Below are positions 1 through 9,506 of a stretch of 64,000 nt of DNA, in pieces (the first letter of the stretch is position 1; each line of letters begins with the position of its first letter). Source of the DNA: Gammaproteobacteria bacterium (GTDB lineage Bacteria > Pseudomonadota > Gammaproteobacteria > Steroidobacterales > Rariloculaceae); the NCBI GenBank assembly GCA_036563665.1, contig DATCLY010000070.1:284-64283 (forward strand). Direction: 5' to 3'. A program made the translations under genes and the position numbers. The notes beneath the pieces were generated by a model. That model saw only the letters and a list, made by a program, of their open reading frames with translations, searched no databases and was not told where the DNA came from.

Positions 1-3000
1 AGCGACACGCGGAACTCCTCGAGCAGCCAGCGATAGCGCGTGACGGCCGCCGGCCACGGCCAGCCCGGCGGCTGCCGCGCCCGCCACTCCTCGAGCGGCC
101 GGGCGGCGGCCCGCACCCGCGCTTCGAACTCCTCGTCCTTGGGGTGGCGCTCGGCGAGCTTGCGCAGTCGCGTCTCCACCGCGCGGAGGTACCGCAGGAG
201 GTGGCCCTGCCATTCGGCGGGGGTCTCGGTGAGGAAGCCGGGGTGGACGAGCGCGTCGAGCTGCGCAGCGATGTCCCGCCGCGCGCGCTCGGGCACCGCG
301 GGCGACGCGAGCCGCGCACGCAGCTCGCGATGCAGCCGCAGCACCGCGAGCAGGCCCTCGCGGAGACGTTCCGCGTTCGGCACGAACGCCGCGCGACCCT
401 TCTCCAGCGCCGTGGCGAACGCCGCCGCGGTGCGGATCGGCGGGTCGAGCTCGAAGCTCGCCTCCGCGCTCGCGCCGAGCAGGTCGTCCACGAGCTCGTC
501 GCCCCGGCCGACGCCGTGATAGGCCAGCACGAGCTCGCGGTTGCCCAGGATCTCATCGCGCACGAGCGCCGCCTGCTGCGGCAGGCTCTTCACGAGCAGC
601 CGCCGCACGCCGGCACGATGGCGGGCGACGGCTGCGGGACCGGGCGGCAGCAACTGCAGGTCCACGCGGCCGCGCTCGTCGAGCAGCGCGGGATAGAGAC
701 GCAGATCCACCGAGCCCTGGCGCACGACGACCTCGTCCGGCAGGTCGCCGAGATCCCACCGCGTGAGGCCCGAGCGCACCCACGCGCGCGCCGCCTCGGG
801 CGCGGGCGGCGGCCGCTCGTCGAACCGCCGCTGCAGCGCGCGGAAGTCCCGTCCCGACGCGATGATCTTGCCGTCCGCGTCCACGATTTCGACTCGCATC
901 GCGAGATGCGCCGGCAGCGGCACGCGCTCGAGCGCGGCCGCGTCGACGGCCACGCCGCGGCGGGCCGCGAGCGCCTCGGCCAGCGCCGCCGCCACGCTCG
1001 TGTCGTGCCGCCGACGCTCGATCTCCGGCAGGAGCTCGGCCACCGTGTCAGGCAAGGGCACGAGCGGCCGGCGCCGCTCCTTCGGCAGCCCGCGCAGCAT
1101 CGCGAGCGCCTTGTCCGGCAGCCAGCCGGGCACGAGCCAGTCGAGCGCCTCCGCCCGCACGCTGCCGACGAGCGCCGCGGGTATGCGCACGGTCAGGCCG
1201 TCGCGGGGCGCGCCCGGCTCGTAGCGATACTCGAGCGGCAGCCGCTGCCCCGCCACCTCGAGCGCGTCCGGATAGCGCTCGCGGGGCAGCGTCTCGGGAT
1301 CCCGTGTGGCGACGTCCGCCGTGGACATCCGCAGGCGGCGCGCATTCTCCCGTGTGCGACACCAGCGCTCGAGGCTGCCGCGGTCGCGCACCTGCGCCGG
1401 CAGGCGCGCCTCGTAGAACGTCCGCACGCCCGCCTCGCCGACGAAGAGATCGCGCGCGCGGCGCCGCGCCTCCCACTCGAGCAGCTCGCGCACGATGCGC
1501 CGGTTGTGCTCGAGGAACGGCATGGCGACGCCGAGGCGCTCGCCGACGAGCGCCTCGCGGATGAAGATCTCGCGCGCGGCCGCGGGGTCGACGGGCCCGA
1601 AGTCCACGCGCCGCTCGCTCGAGAGCGTGAGGCCGAAGAGCGTGATCACTTCCCGCGCGGTCACGCGGCCGCGGCGCCGGTCCCACTCGGCATCGCGGTA
1701 ATCCCGCCGCACGAGATGCGGGGCCACGCGAACGACCCAGCGGGGATTGATCTGTGCCGCCGTGCGCAGATAGGTGCGCTCCGTCGCCACGCGCTCCGCC
1801 GCCACGATCCAGCGCGGCCGCTTCCTCGCCAACGCGCTGCCGGGGAAGAGCAGCGCCCGCGCGCCGTGCTGGCCGCAGTAGCGGGCGCCCTCCTCCTGCT
1901 CCGCCACGTGATCGACGAAGGCCGCGAGCACGGCCTGATGGATGGCCGCGTAGTCGGCTTCGCGCCGCCGGTCGTAGCGCCAGCCGAGGTCGCGCGCGAG
2001 GCGCGCGAGCTCGTCGTGCACGTCCTGCCATTCGCGCAGGCGCGACGCGGACAGGAACCGCTCGGCCGCCCACGCGCGCCACGCCCGCTCGCCACCGCGC
2101 GCGGCCTGGCGGAACGCCTGCCACAGGTTCACCAGACTCAGGAAATCCGAGCGCGGATCCGCGAGCTCCCGGTGACGCTGCCGGGCCGCCTCCAGGTGCT
2201 CGGGCGGGTGCTCGCGCGGATCGGGCACGCTCAACGCGGCGCCGATCACGAGCCCCTCGCGCAGCGCGCCGTGCCGGTTCGCCACCACGAGCAGCCGCGC
2301 CACGCGCGGATCCACGGGCAGGCGTGCCATGAGCCGTCCGTCGCTCGTGAGACGGCGCTCTTCGTCGAAGGCGCCGAGCAGATGCAGCAGCCGATACGCG
2401 TCCTGCACGGCGCGCGCCGGCGGCGCATCGAGGAACGGGAACTCCTCCACGTGGCCGAGGCCGAGCGCCTCGAGCTGCAGGATCACGCCGGCGAGATTGG
2501 TGCGCAGGATCTCGGGCTCGGTGAACGCCGGCCGCTCGTCGAAGTCCTGCTCGGCGTACAGCCGCACGCACACGCCCGGCGCGAGCCGGCCGCAGCGGCC
2601 GGCGCGCTGCACTGCGTTGGCGCGCGCGATGGGCTCGACGCCCAGGCCCTGCACGCGATGCCGCGGCGAGTAGCGGGCCACGCGCGCGAGGCCCGAGTCG
2701 ATCACGGCGCCGATGCGCGGCACCGTGAGCGACGTCTCCGCCACGTTGGTGGCGAGCACGATGCGCGGCGCGCGGCCCGGATGGAAGATCCGCTGCTGGC
2801 GAACGGTGGACAGGCGCGCATACAACGGCAGCAGCTCGAAGCCGCCCGGCCCGGCAGCCGCGAGCGCCCGCTCCGCCTCGCGGATCCACCGCTCGCCGGG
2901 CAGGAAGACCAGCATGTCGCGAAGCTCGAGCGGCTCGCGAGCGAGCTCGACGGCCGCGCGGACCACTCCCTGCGCGAGCTCCTCGCCCGGCTCGAGCGGG

Positions 3001-3731
3001 CGATAGCGCGTCTCCACCGGGAAGGTGCGGCCGGCCACGCGGATGATCGGCGCGCCGCCGAAGTGCCGCGAGAAGCTCTCGGGGTCGATGGTGGCCGACG
3101 TGATGACGATCCTGAGATCCGGGCGCTGCCGCTCGATGCGGCGCAGGTAGCCGAGCAGGAAATCGATGTTGAGGCTGCGTTCGTGCGCCTCGTCGATGAT
3201 CAGCGTGTCGTACGCCTCGAGCCGCCGGTCCCCGCGGATCTCGTTCAGCAGGATGCCGTCCGTCATGACCTTCACCACGGTGGACGGCGACGTCCGATCG
3301 GTGAAGCGCACCTTGAGACCCACGGTTTCGCCGAGCGGCGTCTCGAGCTCCTCGGCGAGCCGCGCCGCGAGCGCACGCGCGGCGATGCGGCGGGGCTGCG
3401 TGTGGCCGATCATGCCGGCCACGCCGCGGCCCGCCTCCAGGCAGATCTTGGGGAGCTGCGTGGTCTTGCCGCTGCCCGTGTCGCCGCACACGACGATCAC
3501 GCGGTGAGCCTCGAGCGCGGCCCGAATCTCGTCGCGGGCTCGGGCGATGGGCAGGTCGGGATAGCGGATCGTGTAACGGGCCGCTCGCCGGAGCGCGACA
3601 CGCTCCTCGGCCGCGCGGCCCGCCGCGCGGGCCTTGTGGGTCAAGAGAGCAGGCTCGGAGAGGTATGTGGAGCTCGATCGCTCGTCGCCGACATGGGTTC
3701 GATCTTCGCAAATTCCGCCCGGGCGAGCCAT
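1..3731 (-). CDS. hrpA: ATP-dependent RNA helicase HrpA (DEAH-box); 3' end runs off the left edge of the window
   Basis: This minus-strand frame has no stop between 3731 and 1, so it is absent from the ORF track. Hand translation gives RYTIRYPDLPIARARDEIRAALEAHRVIVVCGDTGSGKT (Walker A, about 3462-3500) and LIIDEAHERSLN (DEAH box, 3169-3204). Both are in frame with the ATG at 3731. The exact start codon is uncertain. Confidence 0.9.
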   Translation of the reverse strand, partial: MARPGGICEDRTHVGDERSSSTYLSEPALLTHKARAAGRAAEERVALRRAARYTIRYPDLPIARARDEIRAALEAHRVIVVCGDTGSGKTTQLPKICLEAGRGVAGMIGHTQPRRIAARALAARLAEELETPLGETVGLKVRFTDRTSPSTVVKVMTDGILLNEIRGDRRLEAYDTLIIDEAHERSLNIDFLLGYLRRIERQRPDLRIVITSATIDPESFSRHFGGAPIIRVAGRTFPVETRYRPLEPGEELAQGVVRAAVELAREPLELRDMLVFLPGERWIREAERALAAAGPGGFELLPLYARLSTVRQQRIFHPGRAPRIVLATNVAETSLTVPRIGAVIDSGLARVARYSPRHRVQGLGVEPIARANAVQRAGRCGRLAPGVCVRLYAEQDFDERPAFTEPEILRTNLAGVILQLEALGLGHVEEFPFLDAPPARAVQDAYRLLHLLGAFDEERRLTSDGRLMARLPVDPRVARLLVVANRHGALREGLVIGAALSVPDPREHPPEHLEAARQRHRELADPRSDFLSLVNLWQAFRQAARGGERAWRAWAAERFLSASRLREWQDVHDELARLARDLGWRYDRRREADYAAIHQAVLAAFVDHVAEQEEGARYCGQHGARALLFPGSALARKRPRWIVAAERVATERTYLRTAAQINPRWVVRVAPHLVRRDYRDAEWDRRRGRVTAREVITLFGLTLSSERRVDFGPVDPAAAREIFIREALVGERLGVAMPFLEHNRRIVRELLEWEARRRARDLFVGEAGVRTFYEARLPAQVRDRGSLERWCRTRENARRLRMSTADVATRDPETLPRERYPDALEVAGQRLPLEYRYEPGAPRDGLTVRIPAALVGSVRAEALDWLVPGWLPDKALAMLRGLPKERRRPLVPLPDTVAELLPEIERRRHDTSVAAALAEALAARRGVAVDAAALERVPLPAHLAMRVEIVDADGKIIASGRDFRALQRRFDERPPPAPEAARAWVRSGLTRWDLGDLPDEVVVRQGSVDLRLYPALLDERGRVDLQLLPPGPAAVARHRAGVRRLLVKSLPQQAALVRDEILGNRELVLAYHGVGRGDELVDDLLGASAEASFELDPPIRTAAAFATALEKGRAAFVPNAERLREGLLAVLRLHRELRARLASPAVPERARRDIAAQLDALVHPGFLTETPAEWQGHLLRYLRAVETRLRKLAERHPKDEEFEARVRAAARPLEEWRARQPPGWPWPAAVTRYRWLLEEFRVS

Positions 3732-3855
3732 CGTGCGCACGGGGCGGGACCGCACAAGGGACCGCGCCGTCGCCGCCTCACGGAGACGGTTCGCCTTGAA
3801 TTTCCGCTTCGATGCGGCAAGCATGGACGCTGCCGAACCGGCGGGACACCTTCAC

Positions 3856-5856
3856 ATGACACGACGTGGCTCCCGAGCCAGGGCGCGGGCCGCGGTCGCC
3901 GCCCTCCTCTGCGGCGCGCACATCGCGTGCACGGCGCCGGCCGCCGCCGAAGCCGTGCCGCTCTTCGACGGCACCTTGAGCGGCTGGAGCATCGAGAACA
4001 CGGGCGCCGGCAACATCGCGGTGCGCGACGGCGTGCTGCGCGTGGAAGCGCCGGCGGGCTGGCTGCGCTCCGCGGCCGTCTACGGCGACTTCCGCCTGCG
4101 GGTGGAGTTCCGCTTCCTCACCGACGACGCGGACAGCGGCATCTTCGTGCGCGCCGTGGCCGACGGCGTGTTCGGGCGCGGCTGGCCGGCGAACAGCTAT
4201 CAGGTGCAGCTGCGCAACCCACTCGGCGAAAGCCCCTTCCCTCCCGTGGGCGGGATCTTCCGGCACGGCAAGCCGCCCGGCGAGACGCGCTTCGACGCCG
4301 AGCGCGCGGCCCGCACGTCGCTCGGCACGGGCGAATGGCAGACGCTCGAGATCGAGGTGATGGGCAGCGAGCTCGAGGTGCGCTTGAACGGCACGATGCT
4401 CACGCACGCGGCGGGCATCGAGAACCCGTCGGGCTACGTCGGGATCCAGGCCGAGGCCGGGGCGCTCGAGTTTCGCGCCATCGAGATCGAGGAGCTCGGA
4501 GATCTCGCCGCGCGGCCCACCACCGCGCGCGCGGCGGACGGCTCCTTCATCTCCTGGCGCGAGCGCATCGTCGACGACGAAACCATCGGCGGCGTGCCGC
4601 TGCGCGGCAGCGACGGCCTGGTCATGGCGGATCTCGATCGCGACGGACATCTCGACATCGTGTCGGTGCACGAGTCGGACGACCGCTACGACGGTGCGCC
4701 GGAGGGGCACATCCGCATCGCTTTCGGCACGGCGGACCCGACCGTGTGGCGCTCGATCACGGTGGCCGAAGGGCCCGAGGCCGGCGCCGCGGAGGACGTG
4801 GCCGTGGGCGACGTGAACGGCGACGGCTGGCTCGACATCGTGGCCGCGTGCGAGCTCGCCCATCTCATCTATCTGCAGAATCCCGGTCGCGGCGCGCGCG
4901 ACGCCCCTTGGCCTCGGCTGATCCCCGCCGCGACGCGCGGCCGCGGGTCGTTCATTCGCGTGTTCCTGGCCGATCTGAACGGCGACGAGCGGCTCGAGGT
5001 GGTCACGGCGAACAAGGGCGCGCAGGACCCGAGGCGGGCCCGCCAGGAGCCGAAGCCGATCTCGTTCTTCGCGCTGACCGGCGACCCGCTCGACGACGTC
5101 TCGTGGCGCGAGCACGTGCTCACGAAGGTGCCGTGGCCGATCAACTCCCAGCCCGTGGATCTCGACGGCGACGGCGATCTGGACGTCGTGGCGGGCAGCG
5201 TCGCCGAGCGGCGCATGCTGTGGTTCGAGAACCGCAGCCGCGGCGAGTCTTTCGACTTCGTCGAGCACCCCGTGGCGATCGAGCCCGCCGTGCCGAGCGC
5301 GGACGAGGTCTTCGTGCACGCGTTCAACATGGAGTTCGTCGACCTCAGCGGCGACGGCCGCCTCGACATCGTCACGTTCGACACGCCGCCGCTCGTCGGG
5401 CGCAGGCTCCTCTGGCTCGAGCAGCCCGCGCGTCTCGGGGAAGCCTGGCGCTATCACGTCATCGGCTCGTACGCGCCCGATTCGCTGGTCGGCCTCTCGG
5501 TCGCCGACATCGACGGCGACGGCGATCCCGACGTGATGACGGGCGGCTACAGCCTGTCGCCGCGGGACAGCGACGAGCCCACGCCCGACGCCTCGCTCGG
5601 CCGGCTCGCCTGGTACGAGAACCGCGGCGCCGACGGCTGGGCGCGGCACGACTTCTCGCGCCGGCAGCGCGGGATGTTCGACAAGTTCGTGGCGGTCGAC
5701 CTGGACGGCGACGGCGACGTGGACTTCGCGGGCACACGCGGCAACAGCGGCGCGTACGACGGCGTCTTCTGGCTCGAGCAGGTGCGCACTGCGGAGCCGC
5801 GCGCCGCCTTCCAGCGCGCCCGGACGCACGATAGCCCCGAGGTGCCGCTGCCTTGA
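3856..5856 (+). CDS. secreted DUF1080 (3-keto-disaccharide hydrolase-like) domain fused to an FG-GAP/VCBS repeat region
   Basis: This is track frame 3634..5856. I place the start at ATG 3856, which gives a signal-like MTRRGSRARARAAVAALLCGAHIACTAPAAAEA. The N-terminal PLFDGTLSGW...WQTLEIEVMGSELEVRLNG...GYVGIQAEAGALEFRAIEI fits the DUF1080 pattern. It is followed by repeated DxDGDGxLDIV-type motifs (ADLDRDGHLDIV, GDVNGDGWLDIV, VDLDGDGDLDVV, ADIDGDGDPDVM, VDLDGDGDVDF). Confidence 0.8.
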   Translation: MTRRGSRARARAAVAALLCGAHIACTAPAAAEAVPLFDGTLSGWSIENTGAGNIAVRDGVLRVEAPAGWLRSAAVYGDFRLRVEFRFLTDDADSGIFVRAVADGVFGRGWPANSYQVQLRNPLGESPFPPVGGIFRHGKPPGETRFDAERAARTSLGTGEWQTLEIEVMGSELEVRLNGTMLTHAAGIENPSGYVGIQAEAGALEFRAIEIEELGDLAARPTTARAADGSFISWRERIVDDETIGGVPLRGSDGLVMADLDRDGHLDIVSVHESDDRYDGAPEGHIRIAFGTADPTVWRSITVAEGPEAGAAEDVAVGDVNGDGWLDIVAACELAHLIYLQNPGRGARDAPWPRLIPAATRGRGSFIRVFLADLNGDERLEVVTANKGAQDPRRARQEPKPISFFALTGDPLDDVSWREHVLTKVPWPINSQPVDLDGDGDLDVVAGSVAERRMLWFENRSRGESFDFVEHPVAIEPAVPSADEVFVHAFNMEFVDLSGDGRLDIVTFDTPPLVGRRLLWLEQPARLGEAWRYHVIGSYAPDSLVGLSVADIDGDGDPDVMTGGYSLSPRDSDEPTPDASLGRLAWYENRGADGWARHDFSRRQRGMFDKFVAVDLDGDGDVDFAGTRGNSGAYDGVFWLEQVRTAEPRAAFQRARTHDSPEVPLP

Positions 5857-5885
5857 CGCCGCATCCGGACGCAGCGAGGAACGAC

Positions 5886-7196
5886 ATGCTGACCAGACGC
5901 ACGGTCATTCGCGGCATGGCGCTCGGCGCGGCCTTCGCCGCCGGCCTGCCCCGCACGACCTCCGCGCAGGACAGCGACGGCGATCTCGTCGCCCGCCTGC
6001 GCGCCGACCTCGAGCGGCACGCGAGCTTCGGTCTCAAGTTCTCGGCCGGCCCCGGCGACGCGGCGACGGCCGGTTGGGTCGCCGGGCGGCTGCGGGAGAT
6101 CGGCTACGCCGTGGAGGAATCGGAGTTTCCCGCGCCGTTCTTCGTGCAGCGCGCCGCCCGGCTGACTGCGGGCTCGGCGAGCGCGACCGTGCACCCGCAG
6201 GCGCCCGTCGTGCCCACCCCACCCGAAGGCGTCACCGCGCCGCTCGCGCTCGTCGAGGACGACGCCCGGGACGTGAGCGGACGCATCGCGCTCTTCGTCG
6301 CGCCGTTCGGCCGGCACGCCGCGCTGTTCCCCAACCGCGGCATCGGCAAGACGGTGCGTGAGATCGCAGCGGCCGGTGCCCGCGCCGTGGTGGTCGTCAC
6401 CACCGGCCCCACCGGCGAGGCAATCGCGCTGAACGCGCCCGAGGAGCCGTTCGTGCCGATACCGGCCGCGATCCTGGCGCCGAAGGACGCGGGTCCCTTC
6501 GTGGAAGCGGCACGCGCAGGCCGAACGGCGACGCTCGTCATCGACGGAGAAGCCACGCGGCGGCCCAGCAAGAACGTGGTGGCGCGCCTCGTGCGCGGCC
6601 GCCGCTGGATCGTCGTCTCCACGCCCCGCTCGGGCTGGTATCACTGCGTGGGCGAGCGCGGCACCGGCACCGCGGCCTTCCTCGAGATGGCGGCCTGGGC
6701 TCGCACGCGCTTCCCGGACCTCTCCGTGTTCCTCATGAACACGGGCGGGCACGAGTACTTCTTCGCGGGATCGCACCACGTGCTCGGCGAAGCGCCGCCG
6801 CCCGAGGACACGCTGGCCTGGGCGCACATCGGCGCCGCCATCGCCACCCGCGACGCCGTCGAGCGCGACGGCCGATGGGTCATGCTGGAAGAGGCCGATC
6901 CGCAGCGGTCGCTGATGGCCACGGAGGCCGCCCGCGCCGCCGCCGCGACGGCGTTCGCCGGCCTGTCCGGCCTGTCCGGCCTGTCCGAGCCCACGCCGGT
7001 GCGGCCGCAGGCCGGCGAGCTCTCGACGTTCACCGACCGGGGGTATCGCGCCGCGTTCGCCGTGCTCGGCGTTCACCGCTGGATGCACACGATGCAGGAC
7101 ACGCTGGAGCGCGTGGATGCGCGCCTCCTCGTGCCCGTGCTGCGAGCCCATCAGCGCACGATCGAGCTGCTCGTCACCGCGCAGGAACGCGCCTGA
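5886..7196 (+). CDS. Tat-signal secreted protein with a PA-like domain (possible M28-type peptidase relative; function uncertain)
   Basis: This is track ORF 5853..7196. ATG 5886 gives MLTRRTVIRGMALGAAFAAGLP, which is twin-arginine-like. An alternative TTG at 5853 overlaps the upstream stop (cTTGA). The family call rests on weak resemblance only. Confidence 0.55.
   Translation: MLTRRTVIRGMALGAAFAAGLPRTTSAQDSDGDLVARLRADLERHASFGLKFSAGPGDAATAGWVAGRLREIGYAVEESEFPAPFFVQRAARLTAGSASATVHPQAPVVPTPPEGVTAPLALVEDDARDVSGRIALFVAPFGRHAALFPNRGIGKTVREIAAAGARAVVVVTTGPTGEAIALNAPEEPFVPIPAAILAPKDAGPFVEAARAGRTATLVIDGEATRRPSKNVVARLVRGRRWIVVSTPRSGWYHCVGERGTGTAAFLEMAAWARTRFPDLSVFLMNTGGHEYFFAGSHHVLGEAPPPEDTLAWAHIGAAIATRDAVERDGRWVMLEEADPQRSLMATEAARAAAATAFAGLSGLSGLSEPTPVRPQAGELSTFTDRGYRAAFAVLGVHRWMHTMQDTLERVDARLLVPVLRAHQRTIELLVTAQERA
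6960..6986 (+). repeat. perfect 9-bp tandem repeat x3 (GGCCTGTCC) inside a CDS, encoding GLSGLSGLS
   Basis: Read directly: ggcctgtcc ggcctgtcc ggcctgtcc at 6960-6986. Confidence 0.9.
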
Positions 7197-7247
7197 CACA
7201 CGCCGCGCGGGTCGCCCCGGTCGCGGCCGCGGTCGACCGGACGGTGC

Positions 7248-8369
7248 CTATTGGACGACGGAGATCCGCGCCCAGATCGAGTCGACGATGCGCTCCGGGC
7301 CGAAGTCCGAGGGCAACGAGCGTCGGGCGGTCTCGGCGTCGATGAGCGCATTCGTCTGCAGGACCGCCAATGCGCCGACGAGCCGGCCGAAGCGAAGCGA
7401 GCGGGCGAGGCCGTCGACCTCCTGCGGCGGCGCTTTCCCGGGGATCTCGCCGTCGAGCGTGGTCAAGATGCGCGGCGACAGGTCCCAGCTCTGCGCGATG
7501 CGCCGGGCCGCCGCGGCGGCATGAGCGTCGATCGCCGCGGCCACGAGCGCGGCGGACGGGCCCTTGCGCCCGCTTCTCCTGAGCCGATCGCGCAGGACCG
7601 TGAACACCACGATCGTGCCGAGGCCCATGAGCAGGCCGAGGAGCTGCGCCGCGAAGCGATCCGTCTTCTCGACGAAGGCGCCATGCGCCTCTGCGGCGGC
7701 CGCAGCGCGAAACGTGTGATCCCAGGTGACGTGCGGAAAGCGGGCGAAGCGCTCGTCCGCCACGCGAAACACCGGCTGTATGACCGCCGCGGCCACCACG
7801 GACCGAATGCCTTCGGTGCCGAGCTGCACGATCGCGCGCTCGACGCTTTCGATGGGGCGCGGGCTCACGCGGTATAGCGGGCTGTTCGCGAGCCGCAAGA
7901 CGTTTCCCACCAGCGCCGGGTCGCGAACGATGATCGCCGCGAGCTCGCGCCACGACGTCTCGCTATCGTTCATCGCCTGCAGGAGGCGGGGCAGCAGCAT
8001 GGGCCGCCGCGGCACATAGCGGCTCTCGATGGTGCCCGATTCGATGACTGTCCCGAGCGCCGCAACCTGCTCGCCGTGCTCGGCGGCGCCGCCCGGGGAT
8101 ACGTCCGCGCCGAGCGCGAGCGCGTGCAGCTTTGCCCAGACCTCCGGCTCAGTCAGGGCGGGAACGTCCGGAGAAGCGGCCTCCGGAGACGCGGCCTGCG
8201 GAGAAGCGCCCTCCAGCTGTGCGTCCGGCGCCGGATCGACGGCTGCGGGCGGCTGCCGAGGGACGGCACGGCCGCGAGCGTCCAGGCGCAGCGCGGACGG
8301 AGCGAACGCGACGACGACTGCGCAGAACGTGCAGCCGATCGCGAGGACCAGCACTATCGCCAGAGTCAT
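7248..8369 (-). CDS. membrane-anchored HDOD domain protein
   Basis: This is track ORF 7248..8516. The likely start is ATG 8369, giving the TM segment MTLAIVLVLAIGCTFCAVVVAF. The C-terminal part is HDOD-like: LLPRLLQAMNDSETSWRELAAIIVRDPALVGNVLRLANSPLYRVSPRPIESVERAIVQLGTEGIRSVV. Confidence 0.8.
   Translation of the reverse strand: MTLAIVLVLAIGCTFCAVVVAFAPSALRLDARGRAVPRQPPAAVDPAPDAQLEGASPQAASPEAASPDVPALTEPEVWAKLHALALGADVSPGGAAEHGEQVAALGTVIESGTIESRYVPRRPMLLPRLLQAMNDSETSWRELAAIIVRDPALVGNVLRLANSPLYRVSPRPIESVERAIVQLGTEGIRSVVAAAVIQPVFRVADERFARFPHVTWDHTFRAAAAAEAHGAFVEKTDRFAAQLLGLLMGLGTIVVFTVLRDRLRRSGRKGPSAALVAAAIDAHAAAAARRIAQSWDLSPRILTTLDGEIPGKAPPQEVDGLARSLRFGRLVGALAVLQTNALIDAETARRSLPSDFGPERIVDSIWARISVVQ
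8170..8214 (-). repeat. imperfect 15-bp tandem repeat x3 inside the HDOD gene linker (encodes ASPQAASPEAASP)
   Basis: ggagaagcggcctcc / ggagacgcggcctgc / ggagaagcgccctcc, read on the plus strand. Confidence 0.75.
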
Positions 8370-8533
8370 GGGTCGCAGCCATCCGAGAGCCGCGCGGCCG
8401 CGTGAATGCGAGCCGCTCGGTCGGTGACAGTATGCACGGCCGCCGCAGCGGGAATATGTGAAAGCCATCGCAGCCGGCTCGACTCCGCCGGCGCCGCCGC
8501 AGGCGCCTGCGAGCATCGCGCGCGCTCGCCGGC

Positions 8534-8923
8534 TCAGGCTTTGCGGCGTCCTGCCTTGGCCGAGCGCCCCTTGGGCTTCGCGCCGACCAGGCCGTAGCTA
8601 TCGGCAATGAGGTCCTCGAGCATCGACCACTTGATGCGCGGGCGATCCATCCAGACGCCGATCCAGCCCTTGTGGCCGACGTAGGGCGGCACGAAGAAGC
8701 TCTCCGGGTCCATGGCGAGCAGGGCTTCCTGGGTGCCCTCGCGCCCTTTCATCCAGACCGAAGGCCGGCCTCCCGGGTAGTTCCCTTTGGCCATCGCGAA
8801 AATCTTGTCACGCACGCGCCACGTGGGATCGCCCCATGCGATTTTCTCGGTCGCGCCCGGAAAAGCGAGACAGATCTTGCGAAGCCGCTCGAGGCGGTCG
8901 GGAGAGATCGTCAGCTCGTTCAT
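8534..8923 (-). CDS. MmcQ/YjbR family DNA-binding protein
   Basis: 129-aa ORF. The sequence LRKICLAFPGATEKIAWGDPTWRVRDKIFAM...FFVPPYVGHKGWIGVWMD is the typical YjbR pattern. Confidence 0.8.
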   Translation of the reverse strand: MNELTISPDRLERLRKICLAFPGATEKIAWGDPTWRVRDKIFAMAKGNYPGGRPSVWMKGREGTQEALLAMDPESFFVPPYVGHKGWIGVWMDRPRIKWSMLEDLIADSYGLVGAKPKGRSAKAGRRKA

Positions 8924-9013
8924 CCGCTACGCCCTTCCCCGCAAGCGACGAGTGGCGTACCTCGCCCGCCTAGGCGGGAACGCTCCGACGCGCGAGCGCG
9001 CCGGGAAGGTGGA

Positions 9014-9415
9014 TCATTCCTGCTCGCCCGTGCTCGTCCACAGAGGCTCGCCGGTATCGGCCCGCACCATCGACGACGCGTTCGCCGTGTTCGTGCCGTT
9101 GCGCGCCCGATAGCCTTTGACCTTGATGGCGTCGCCCGGCTTCAGCGTGCGGCGCGTGAGGCCGCTGCGCGCCAGCGAGTTCACGCCGAGCAGCTCCACC
9201 GCCCACCGCGAGCGGTTGCCGTCGGCGTCCGTGACTTCCATGTGCACCCAGGTATGCGGGTTCGTCCATTCGATGTCCGTCACTGTGCCGGTGATCTCCA
9301 CCGGCTGACCGATGTCGAACTCCGCCGAGAACGAATGATGGGCGTGCACGCAAGCCCATGCGACAGCGAAAGCGAGCCCCGCGCTCGCCGACACCAGCGT
9401 TCTCAAAACCCCCAT
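9014..9415 (-). CDS. small secreted protein, DUF6152-like paralog 1 (family name from memory, to be verified)
   Basis: ATG 9415 is preceded by AGGGGAG. The signal peptide ends ...AWACVHA and the mature protein starts HHSFSAEFD. It carries the conserved IEWTNPH and KPGDAIKV motifs shared with paralogs at 23033, 46446 and 49536. Confidence 0.8.
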   Translation of the reverse strand: MGVLRTLVSASAGLAFAVAWACVHAHHSFSAEFDIGQPVEITGTVTDIEWTNPHTWVHMEVTDADGNRSRWAVELLGVNSLARSGLTRRTLKPGDAIKVKGYRARNGTNTANASSMVRADTGEPLWTSTGEQE

Positions 9416-9448
9416 GCAGACTCCCCTGCGTTCTATGTCCAATGCGTG

Positions 9449-9465
9449 CCAATAGTATACTTTGG
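9449..9465. promoter_or_regulatory. AT-rich imperfect palindrome CCAATAGTATACTTTGG (core AGTATACT) in a divergent intergenic region; candidate operator
   Basis: It lies between the divergent starts at 9415 (-) and 9507 (+). It stands out against the GC-rich background. The core has the GT-N2-AC symmetry typical of GntR-family operators. Confidence 0.4.
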
Positions 9466-9506
9466 CGACTCAACGGGATAACGATCAGGCCCGGACGGGG
9501 GAGCAG

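Noticed and set aside
1048-3711. An 887-aa minus-strand ORF overlapping hrpA.
   Set aside because: It is off-frame relative to the helicase motifs (GDTGSGKT, DEAH) and its translation is Arg-rich. The real hrpA frame is the one with no stop, which is missing from the track.
144-5834. A 1896-aa plus-strand ORF, the longest in the track.
   Set aside because: Its composition is Arg/Ala/Gly/Pro-rich and low in complexity, and it has no recognisable motifs. It runs antisense to hrpA (clear DEAH helicase motifs) and off-frame through the DUF1080/FG-GAP gene. It is a typical stop-poor shadow frame of GC-rich DNA.
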